DNA of 32,000 nucleotides from Promethearchaeia archaeon (GTDB lineage: Archaea > Asgardarchaeota > Lokiarchaeia > Sigyniarchaeales > SOKP01). The stretch is taken from NCBI GenBank assembly GCA_046497275.1, contig JAWOFX010000054.1, positions 90,001 through 122,000 of the forward strand, in the 5' to 3' direction. Made by a program: the position numbers and the translations under genes. Shown piece by piece: positions 19,017 through 26,673 of this stretch. The notes beneath the pieces were generated by a model. The model made no database searches. It had not been told where the DNA came from and saw only the letters and a list, made by a program, of their open reading frames with translations. Position 1 is the stretch's first letter; the number at the start of each line of letters is the position of its first letter.

Positions 19017-20102
19017 ATTAAAAAGGAAAAGAATGAAACATTACGGGCTCTCATTGATAATACACCGGTATCAATCGCATATATGGATAAGAATTTCAAT
19101 TTTCTACGTGTAAATAAAGCTTATGCTGAAGCTGATGACAAAAATATCTCTTATTTCGTTGGAAAAAATCATTTTGAATTATACCCAAATAAAGAAAATG
19201 AGAAAATCTTCAGAGAAGTGATTAACTCTGGGAAACCTTTTTATATAAGAGGTAAACCATTTATTTATCCTAACAATCCAGAGCGCGGCTTAAGCTATTG
19301 GGATTGGAGCTTAATCCCAGTTAGAAATAAACATAAACGAGTGAATAGTGTAGTACTCACTTTACGTGATGTAACAGACCGAGAAATAGCAAAACAGAAA
19401 TTAGAACAATCCTATAAACGTACTAATTTTTATAAAGACTTACTTGCCCATGATATGAGAAATATTCTTTCCTCAGTTCAATTATCTATAGATTTACTCA
19501 AGAAAAAGACGAAAAAACCTTTAAAAGTATATGATTTAACATCAGTTTTTAAAAATATCGAAAACCAAGTTGAAAAGGGAGCTGCTTTGATATCAAATGT
19601 CCAAAAGTTATCAAAGATTGACGATAAAACTATTTTGATAAAAACCATCGATCTTAAGGAAGTTTTAAAAGAAGCAATCTCTTTAATTCAAGGATTAATT
19701 AAAAAAGAAAACATCAATCTAAATATTAACTTTTCAGATACCCCCATTAATGTTAAGGGAGGGGAATTACTGCTTGATGCATTTGAAAATATTCTAATAA
19801 ACGCAGTCAAGCATAATACCAATAAGAAAAAACATATTTGGATTAATATATCTAAAACTAAAGAAAATGACGATGAATATATTAAATTGGAATTTAAAGA
19901 CAACGGGACAGGATTTCCTGATAAAAATGTTGAAATTTTTAGCGGAGAATACAATTCTCCAAGTTCGGGCGGAATGGGGATTGGATTGACACTAGTGAAG
20001 GCTATAATCAAAGCATATGGGGGACGTATCTGGGTGGAGGATCGTATAGGAGGAGATTACACCCAAGGCAGCAATTTTATTATCTTGCTACGACCCTCCT
20101 AA
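19017..20102 (+). CDS. PAS-domain histidine kinase (N-terminus extended beyond the ORF-track ATG at 19083)
   Basis: The frame upstream of 19083 encodes a PAS N-terminus (ETLRALIDNTPVSIAYMD). H-box AHDMRN, NILINAVKH, DNGTG and GMGIGL follow. The start codon is uncertain. Confidence 0.85.
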   Translation: MKKEKNETLRALIDNTPVSIAYMDKNFNFLRVNKAYAEADDKNISYFVGKNHFELYPNKENEKIFREVINSGKPFYIRGKPFIYPNNPERGLSYWDWSLIPVRNKHKRVNSVVLTLRDVTDREIAKQKLEQSYKRTNFYKDLLAHDMRNILSSVQLSIDLLKKKTKKPLKVYDLTSVFKNIENQVEKGAALISNVQKLSKIDDKTILIKTIDLKEVLKEAISLIQGLIKKENINLNINFSDTPINVKGGELLLDAFENILINAVKHNTNKKKHIWINISKTKENDDEYIKLEFKDNGTGFPDKNVEIFSGEYNSPSSGGMGIGLTLVKAIIKAYGGRIWVEDRIGGDYTQGSNFIILLRPS

Positions 20103-20253
20103 AACTAATTGAGTTAGATCTAAAATTAATTTTAAATAACATAAGAAAACAAAAAATATCGAAAGGGATATTTTTTAATCCAAATATAGGATTAGAAGTT
20201 TTTTGAAAATTTTAAGACAAAAGTCTTGATAGATTAAAGAGTTTTTAAAATTG

Positions 20254-21180
20254 TTAAATTCTTCTTTTAATATCCTTGGCACGACTTCTTAAAGTTACTT
20301 CTGTGCACTTAGCCACTTCTGCTACTTCTGCTTGGGTTTTTCGCTCATTAGTTTCTTTTGCTGCCATATAAATAACCGACGCTGCGAGTCCTTTAGGGTC
20401 TTTTCCTGTTCTGATGAGTCCGTTTCTCGTAGCTGCTACCAGCATATCAACCGCTCGCTTTTGAGTCTTCATTGTAAGATCTAAATCATTCCCGAATCTA
20501 AAAACAAGCTGTTCAGCGGTGATTGGACGATATTTTAGATTTAATTCAGGTAAAATTTCTTTCACAATCATTCCTAAAGAACGAATAACTGTGCGCCTAG
20601 AAGTCATAGAGGCATCACTTACTTCCTCAAGTAATCGTGGAAATTCATGTACCCGGATTGCGGCATATAACGCAGCAGCAATGAACCCATCAATCGAACG
20701 ACCCATTGTTAATTTCTTTTTTGCTACTTCTGAATATATTTTCCAAGCCGTTTCTTTAATATATTCTGGTATATTCATTTTCGAGCATAACATTTTTAAT
20801 TTCGGTTTTGCCTCCCAGAAATTACGCTCGATACTTGAAATTAATGATTGTTGAATTTTCGATAATCGCGAAAATAATGTTTTTCCTTTCGCACCTAAAG
20901 ACCGTCCTTTTGAGTCTGTCTTAGGATTTGCTATCGTTGTCCGAGGGCCAAATTCTCGCCAACGAGGTTCAGTTCGTCTTCTCTTTTCAATCTCCTCAAC
21001 AGTATAGGCTCTTCTTTCATTTCCAACAAGATCTCTGCCTATAACCATCCCGCAATTAATACATACCGAATTCCCATCTCTTGTTTCAATGCAAGGGTCA
21101 TCACAGCAACGGTAATGAGTAGATTCTTCGACTCCTTCAGAAGGTTTTGTTCGGAGTCGTTTTTTATAATCATTTTCCAT
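20254..21180 (-). CDS. tfb: Transcription initiation factor IIB (TFB) paralog
   Basis: N-terminal Zn ribbon (CCDDP...CINCG), ERRAY B-reader-like segment, two cyclin repeats with GRS and GKDP, C-terminal HTH TQAEVAEVAKCTEVTLR. Confidence 0.93.
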   Translation of the reverse strand: MENDYKKRLRTKPSEGVEESTHYRCCDDPCIETRDGNSVCINCGMVIGRDLVGNERRAYTVEEIEKRRRTEPRWREFGPRTTIANPKTDSKGRSLGAKGKTLFSRLSKIQQSLISSIERNFWEAKPKLKMLCSKMNIPEYIKETAWKIYSEVAKKKLTMGRSIDGFIAAALYAAIRVHEFPRLLEEVSDASMTSRRTVIRSLGMIVKEILPELNLKYRPITAEQLVFRFGNDLDLTMKTQKRAVDMLVAATRNGLIRTGKDPKGLAASVIYMAAKETNERKTQAEVAEVAKCTEVTLRSRAKDIKRRI

Positions 21181-21247
21181 AATTCTTCACATGTGAATGT
21201 TGTTAAATTGAACTTTAGTTGTAAGTTCAAATCAATTACAAATAATC

Positions 21248-21292
21248 TTGGGAAAGTAATAAAAGTTTTATTTCTTCCCATTCATTTCCCAA
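21248..21292. promoter_or_regulatory. Imperfect inverted repeat with alternative pairings upstream of tfb
   Basis: TGGGAA (21249-54) pairs with TTCCCA (21275-80) around AATAAAA-G-TTTTATT; TTGGGAAA (21248-55) also pairs with TTTCCCAA (21285-92). Confidence 0.35.
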
Positions 21293-21369
21293 TAAAACTC
21301 AGAAATTATTGGTTAATATCTATATAAACCAAACACCTATTTATAGTTTATACTTATAAAGTCTGTTTC

Positions 21370-21412
21370 GTATCATTGAAACGATTTTTGCACTAAAATT
21401 TGCGTATGATAC
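21370..21412. other. 43-nt bulged hairpin in the YaeQ-like/tfb spacer
   Basis: GTATCAT/ATGATAC (7 bp), ACG/CGT (3 bp) and ATTTT/AAAAT (5 bp) stems, with 4-nt and 3-nt bulges on opposite arms and a 6-nt loop. Confidence 0.35.
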
Positions 21413-21457
21413 TGGCATTGATAAGCTAAAAAGCTCTTAAGGAAAAATTCTCAGAAG

Positions 21458-22060
21458 TTATTGTTTATTACAAAATTCAATTTCTCTTTTCCACCTTCGA
21501 TCTATGATGATCAGTGTCTCTTCATTTCTTTGAATAAACCACTTTAAATTTCTGCCTCCCATTTGATATGCTAAAAAATCATATTCTTGATAAGTCATAT
21601 CAATTCCTATAAGTTTTAAATTTGTATGAGAATCGAATTTTTTAAGAATTTTAGGATGGGAAAGCAGTCTCTCAAAATAGTGATCTATATGAAACCAATA
21701 TATTTGACCTCGAGGGAGTGTCTTTGCTAATTTTAGTAATTTCTTTTCGGACACATCTTTGCATTCTACCCAAATACCCACATCTTTTTTCAAACGACGG
21801 GGGATCTCTGATGGGATGAGTTGAAGAAGATCTGGTTTATATCCTTCAACCCTATAGTTAGGCTCTATAATAAGTTCTCTTGGCTCATCCCAGAAATAGC
21901 AATACGCTAAAAATTTAAGAAGGAGATGATGGAAGGTTTCTGAATGCCCTTTTCTAAAAAACGGCTTTCGGCTTTCTCGATTTTCCTCGTTTTTTTCCAT
22001 TGTGACTATAATCTCAAATTGATAAGACAAATTTAATTCTTCATAAGTTATTTGATTCAT
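21458..22060 (-). CDS. YaeQ-like protein, restriction endonuclease-like PD-(D/E)XK fold
   Basis: KGHSETFHHLLLKFLAYCYF resembles the YaeQ HPSET segment; it is followed by YKPDL...WVECK. Confidence 0.6.
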   Translation of the reverse strand: MNQITYEELNLSYQFEIIVTMEKNEENRESRKPFFRKGHSETFHHLLLKFLAYCYFWDEPRELIIEPNYRVEGYKPDLLQLIPSEIPRRLKKDVGIWVECKDVSEKKLLKLAKTLPRGQIYWFHIDHYFERLLSHPKILKKFDSHTNLKLIGIDMTYQEYDFLAYQMGGRNLKWFIQRNEETLIIIDRRWKREIEFCNKQ

Positions 22061-22341
22061 TTTATCTTTTCTGATTATTTTTGAAATTATGCTTCTTTTA
22101 AATATTTAGAATAAAACCAATCGGATGCCTTTAAAAAATTTTTTTTAATTAATAACATGTAGATTTCTCTTCTCTCATCAATATTAAAATAGGAAATATA
22201 ATCTTCCAAACCTATTCTATGAAAATTTTTCAATTTATAAATTTAAAAAGAATAAATCTTAACCTTCTCATTTAAATTGGTTATCAAATATCAAAGAATA
22301 AATTTTTATTAAAAACTTCTTTTTCCTAAGTAGATTAATTA

Positions 22342-22365
22342 TTTGAATGTTTGATCAAACGCAAA
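22342..22365. promoter_or_regulatory. Palindromic candidate operator upstream of hdrC
   Basis: Perfect 12-bp palindrome GTTTGATCAAAC (22349-22360) with flanking TTTG/CAAA, downstream of a TATA-like TTTATTAA (22305-12). Confidence 0.35.
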
Positions 22366-22435
22366 CTAGTAGCTTAATTTTTCAAGAATATACTCAAATC
22401 AAGCTATTACCAAATTATATGAGATTTGAATTAAA

Positions 22436-23050
22436 ATGAGCGATAATGTAGAAAAATATATTAAACGTAAGACCTACAAGGGCACAAGCGATGAAATATC
22501 TGATAAATTCGTTGATGCGGGCTTAGAAAAAATACGCGCGTGTATTAATTGCGGAACCTGTACTGGGAGCTGTCCATCAGGGAGAAGAACCGCTTTACGA
22601 ACTCGAAGTGTGATTCGGAAAGCGTTAGCCGGAGATGTAACAGTGCTTCAAGACATCGATATATGGTTATGTAGTACGTGCTATTATTGTTATGAGCGTT
22701 GCCCAAGAGATATCCCCGTAACTGATATGATTATCAAACTAAGAAATATAGCAGTTGAAGAAGGACAAATTTTGGATAATCATTTAGTCTTAGCTGATGA
22801 TATTTTCTATAAAACATGTCATGGAGTACCTGCTAACCAGCCAGATCAACAAAAATGGAGGGATTTACGAGAATCTTATGGTCTACCCGCTTTGCCTCCC
22901 ACCGTGCATTCATACCCTGAGGCAGTTGAGCAGTGTCATGAATTAATGGAGATGACTGGTTTTCGAAAGTTATTAGACCATGCAAGAGAAGTTAAAAAAA
23001 GGGAAAAGGAAGAACAAGAAAAGCAAGAGGAGGATAAAAAGGATGAGTGA
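22436..23050 (+). CDS. hdrC: Heterodisulfide reductase subunit C
   Basis: Two 4Fe-4S motifs, CINCGTCTGSCP and CSTCYYCYERCP, plus WLC; first gene of hdrCBA. Confidence 0.93.
   Translation: MSDNVEKYIKRKTYKGTSDEISDKFVDAGLEKIRACINCGTCTGSCPSGRRTALRTRSVIRKALAGDVTVLQDIDIWLCSTCYYCYERCPRDIPVTDMIIKLRNIAVEEGQILDNHLVLADDIFYKTCHGVPANQPDQQKWRDLRESYGLPALPPTVHSYPEAVEQCHELMEMTGFRKLLDHAREVKKREKEEQEKQEEDKKDE
23028..23040 (+). promoter_or_regulatory. Ribosome binding site of hdrB (inside the hdrC 3' end)
   Basis: AGGAGGATAAAAA precedes ATG 23043; the identical 13-mer precedes hdrA. Confidence 0.75.
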
Positions 23051-24005
23051 GCTCTCCAAAGATTCTCAATATAAATGGAGATATGGATTCTTTCTGGGTT
23101 GTGTTATTCCTAATCGGTATCCAATGATTGAACGAAGTATTCGTGATGTGTTTGACGAATTAGGAGCAGAATTGTTAGATTTACCTGGAGCATCATGTTG
23201 TCCTGCACCAGGAGTATTTCGCGCATTCCATATTCCAACGTGGTTAGTTCTGGCCGCAAGAAATATAGTAATCGGAGAAGAGCTCGGAGTGAGTACGATC
23301 ACTGGTTGTAATGGTTGTTATGGAACATTACGAGATGCATGGTACGATCTTGAGCATAATCCCGAAGAAAAAAAGAAGGTAAATGAGTATTTAGCGAAAG
23401 TTGGAAGAAAATATACTGGAAAATATGAACCTAAGCATATCGTACAAGGTTTATATTTGGATATGGGACTTGATTATGTAAAGGATTTCATAAAATACAA
23501 ATTCTCTGATTTAAAAGTTGGGGTACATTATGGATGTCATATAGTTAAACCAAGCGATAAGCGTCCTTGGCATGGACAATATGAAAATCCACAATTTCTT
23601 GATGAATTAGTGGAAATTACGGGAGCTAAAAGTATTCCATACAAGGATAAATTTATGTGTTGTGGGGCTGGAGGTGCCGTTCGAACTGCAGTAAAGGAAG
23701 TTGCAGCAGATTTTACCAGAGAGAAGTTAGTGAATATGAGAGACGCGGGGGTTGATATTATCGTCAATTGCTGTCCATTCTGTCACTTGCAATTAGATCT
23801 AGGACAAGTAGAGGTTAATAACTTCTATAAGGACATCATTGGTGAACCATTCAAGATACCTGTAATATACATAACACAATTACTTGGCGTTGCGATGGGT
23901 ATGGATCCAAATCATTTAGGTCTTGTAAAGAATCATGAATTAAGTGGTGTCTCTCCATTTATTCCAATAGAACCATTTTTAGATATAGTAAAGGAGCAAA
24001 TTTAA
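23043..24005 (+). CDS. hdrB: Heterodisulfide reductase subunit B (start at 23043 rather than 22980)
   Basis: Two CCG domains: FLGCVIP, SCCPAPG, GCNGC, HYGCH, CCGAGG, CPFCHLQLD. The SD supports the MSELSK start overlapping the hdrC stop. Confidence 0.95.
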   Translation: MSELSKDSQYKWRYGFFLGCVIPNRYPMIERSIRDVFDELGAELLDLPGASCCPAPGVFRAFHIPTWLVLAARNIVIGEELGVSTITGCNGCYGTLRDAWYDLEHNPEEKKKVNEYLAKVGRKYTGKYEPKHIVQGLYLDMGLDYVKDFIKYKFSDLKVGVHYGCHIVKPSDKRPWHGQYENPQFLDELVEITGAKSIPYKDKFMCCGAGGAVRTAVKEVAADFTREKLVNMRDAGVDIIVNCCPFCHLQLDLGQVEVNNFYKDIIGEPFKIPVIYITQLLGVAMGMDPNHLGLVKNHELSGVSPFIPIEPFLDIVKEQI

Positions 24006-24017
24006 GGAGGATAAAAA
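24005..24017 (+). promoter_or_regulatory. Ribosome binding site of hdrA
   Basis: AGGAGGATAAAAA directly before ATG 24018. Confidence 0.8.
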
Positions 24018-26033
24018 ATGACAGAAAGTAAACAAGTAGAAGAAATAAAGGTTACTGGCAAGGAAAAACCAAGAGTTGGCGTATATGTTTGCCATTGCGG
24101 AATCAATATTGCTGGGGTAATTGATGTAGAGAAATTACGAGATTATGCCAAAACTTTACCTGATGTGGTTCTTGCGAAAGATTATTCTTTTATGTGCTCA
24201 GATATCGGACAAAATATGATTAAAGAGGATCTTGAAGCAGGAAAAATCAATAGAGTTGTAGTAGCTGCGTGTTCCCCTCGAATGCATGAGCCTACGTTTC
24301 GAATGGTATGTAAAGAATCTGGTCTTAATCAATTTCTTTTTGAGCAGGCGAATATTCGAGAGCATGCCTCGTGGGTAAATATGAAAGATCCAGAAGGAGC
24401 GTATGATATAGCGGAGGATCATATTAGAATGGCAGTGGCTAAAGTACGGAAATTAAAGCCCTTAGAAGTGCAGAAGGTTCAAGTAGAACCAAAAACCTTG
24501 GTTATCGGTGCGGGAATTGCAGGGATGAATGCTGCCTTAGATTTAGCAGATGCTGGCTATAAAGTATACTTAGTGGAAAAAACTCCGACTATTGGAGGTC
24601 ATATGGCTCAGCTTGATAAAACTTTTCCGACAATGGATTGCTCTTCTTGTATTCTGACGCCACGGATGGTTGATGTTGCGAGGAATGAAAATATTGAGAT
24701 TATGACCTATTCGGAGGTTGTAGACGTGAGTGGTTATGTTGGTAATTTCGATGTACGAATTAAGAAGAAACCTCATTATATTGATCAAGAAGCGTGTACC
24801 GCATGTGGTGCATGTGTTGAAACTTGTCCCATTACCGTTGGAAATGAATTTGAATTAGGGATGGGGACCAGAAAAGCAGTATATATTCCATTCCCACAAG
24901 CAGTTCCAGGTCAATACACAATAGATATGGATCATTGTATTCAATGCGGTATTTGCGCACGACCAGAAGTATGCGAACCAGATGCAATTCGTTATGATGA
25001 TAAACCAGAATATGTGGATGTAAAGGTTGGCACAATAATTGTGGCTACCGGCTGGGATTTATTTGATCCAACTAGCTTAGAGCAATATGGTTATGGAAGA
25101 TATCCTAATGTGATTACGAGCTTTCAAATGGAACGTCTGTTAAGTTCTTTTGGACCTTTAATGGGAAAACCCGCACGACCATCAGATCTTAAGGCACCAC
25201 ATAGTATAGCATTCCTCCAGTGTGTAGGGAGTCGATATTTCCGAGAGGATGGAAATTCTTATTGTTCTCGAGTATGTTGTATGTATGCTACGAAGCAAGC
25301 TCGTCAGTATAAAGAAAAGCATCCAGAAGCGGAAGTATATATCTTTTATATTGACATTAGAGCATTTGGAAAAGGATATGAGGAGTTCTATGAATCTGCC
25401 CAAAGAGAATATGGTATTAACTACATTCGAGGAAGAATCGCAGAAGTAACTGAGGATGAGGATCACAATATCATCATTCGATCAGAAGATACAGTAATGC
25501 AACAACCAATTGAATTAAAAGTTGATTTATTTGTGCTTTCATGTGGCTTAGAGCCCAGCGAGGATGCTGATAAAATTACCTCATTACTAAGCATACAGCA
25601 ATCTTCCGACGGATTTTTTATGGAGGCACATCCCAAATTAAGACCAGTTGATACATTAACAAATGGTATTTTTGTTGCTGGAGTATCTCAAGGACCAAAA
25701 GATATTCCTGATACAGTTGCCCAAGCAAAAGGTGCAGCAGCTGGAGCAATAGCATTAATGGCAAAGGGAGAGTTTGAAATTGAGCCATATTATGCTGTGG
25801 TTCTAGAGCATGTATGTAGTGGATGTAAAACATGCCAATCACTTTGCCCCTTTGGAGCCATAGAATTTGATGAATTCAAGAATGTTGCGAGAGTAAATCC
25901 TGCACTATGTAAAGGATGTGGAACATGTGTGAGTGCGTGCCCATCCGATGCATTAATACAAAATCACTTTTCTGATATTCAACTATTTTCAATTATAGAT
26001 GTTGAAAGAGAAAAATCTACTGCCCAAAACTAA
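24018..26033 (+). CDS. hdrA: Heterodisulfide reductase subunit A (FAD, electron-bifurcating type; Cys form)
   Basis: VYVCHCG, VVAACSPR, GAGIAG FAD motif, KTFPTMDCSSC, inserted ferredoxin, CSRVCCMYATKQ, C-terminal 2x4Fe-4S ferredoxin. Confidence 0.97.
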   Translation: MTESKQVEEIKVTGKEKPRVGVYVCHCGINIAGVIDVEKLRDYAKTLPDVVLAKDYSFMCSDIGQNMIKEDLEAGKINRVVVAACSPRMHEPTFRMVCKESGLNQFLFEQANIREHASWVNMKDPEGAYDIAEDHIRMAVAKVRKLKPLEVQKVQVEPKTLVIGAGIAGMNAALDLADAGYKVYLVEKTPTIGGHMAQLDKTFPTMDCSSCILTPRMVDVARNENIEIMTYSEVVDVSGYVGNFDVRIKKKPHYIDQEACTACGACVETCPITVGNEFELGMGTRKAVYIPFPQAVPGQYTIDMDHCIQCGICARPEVCEPDAIRYDDKPEYVDVKVGTIIVATGWDLFDPTSLEQYGYGRYPNVITSFQMERLLSSFGPLMGKPARPSDLKAPHSIAFLQCVGSRYFREDGNSYCSRVCCMYATKQARQYKEKHPEAEVYIFYIDIRAFGKGYEEFYESAQREYGINYIRGRIAEVTEDEDHNIIIRSEDTVMQQPIELKVDLFVLSCGLEPSEDADKITSLLSIQQSSDGFFMEAHPKLRPVDTLTNGIFVAGVSQGPKDIPDTVAQAKGAAAGAIALMAKGEFEIEPYYAVVLEHVCSGCKTCQSLCPFGAIEFDEFKNVARVNPALCKGCGTCVSACPSDALIQNHFSDIQLFSIIDVEREKSTAQN

Positions 26034-26037
26034 TAAT

Positions 26038-26063
26038 TCTTTATCTTTTTTATCTATTTTTTT
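26038..26063 (+). terminator. T-rich terminator after hdrA
   Basis: TCTTTATCTTTTTTATCTATTTTTTT just after the stop codon. Confidence 0.5.
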
Positions 26064-26228
26064 AATTACCTTTATAAGATGGAATGTTATTTTCAAATAT
26101 AAATAAAAAGGCAATTTTCATATATCTTTAATATTGATATATTCTGTTTTTTATTTTCTATAATTGGAAAGTTAAAATTATTTAATTGTCAATTAGAATT
26201 AATAAATATTTTTAAAAGGTGTAAACTC

Positions 26229-26615
26229 ATGGGAGAAGAAAATAAGAATTGTTTAGTATTCATATTTAATGCAGACAGTGGAGCTATTAATTCTGTCAAG
26301 GATTTCTTTCATAAAATGGTAAAGCCAAGCACGTATGAATGTAATTTATGCGCAGTCACCTTTGGTAATTTCGGTATGAAAAAGGAATGGGCAGAATATG
26401 TAAGTGATCTAGAAAATGAAGTGAATATTGAATTTCTTCATAGAGATGAATTTGAAAAATATTATCCTAATACAAAGGATGCAAAATATCCTTCTGCGTA
26501 TATTGAACAACCTTATGGTTTAGAAGTGTTTATATCGCAAGCAGAAATGAATAATGTTGAATCGGTGGAAGGTCTTAAAAATTTAGTTAATAGAAGACTT
26601 CAAAAATATATTTGA
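26229..26615 (+). CDS. Conserved hypothetical CxxC protein (possible thioredoxin-like fold)
   Basis: FIFNADSG...HK..KPSTYECNLCAVTFG..GMKKEW...EFLHRDEF pattern, which I recall from a widespread uncharacterised family; AGGTGT SD-like sequence upstream. Confidence 0.75.
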   Translation: MGEENKNCLVFIFNADSGAINSVKDFFHKMVKPSTYECNLCAVTFGNFGMKKEWAEYVSDLENEVNIEFLHRDEFEKYYPNTKDAKYPSAYIEQPYGLEVFISQAEMNNVESVEGLKNLVNRRLQKYI

Positions 26616-26673
26616 ATCAAATTTTATTTTTTCTATTTTTTGTGCTGATGAATTGGCTAATTTAATTATTTCT

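Noticed and set aside
21370-21416. SECIS-like TGAA/TGAT tandem GA arrangement
   Set aside because: The plain Watson-Crick fold is more plausible, the flanking genes are on the opposite strand, and no Sec codon is nearby.
22980-23042. N-terminal extension MQEKLKKGKR... on HdrB from the ORF track
   Set aside because: It is an alternate-frame reading of the hdrC tail; the SD supports ATG 23043.
23048-23075. TGA readthrough at the ends of hdrC, the 26229 ORF and YyaL
   Set aside because: Each protein appears complete at its TGA and another stop follows within a few codons; no Sec motif context.
24630-24660. Selenocysteine in HdrA
   Set aside because: The position that is Sec in some archaeal HdrA (TxDCxxU) is TGT (Cys) here, and the ORF has no in-frame TGA.
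22436-26033. Higher GC in hdr and tfb than in flanking genes as a sign of recent transfer
   Set aside because: It is explained equally well by Gly/Cys/Ala/Arg-rich conserved proteins; no integrase, transposase or boundary repeats were seen.
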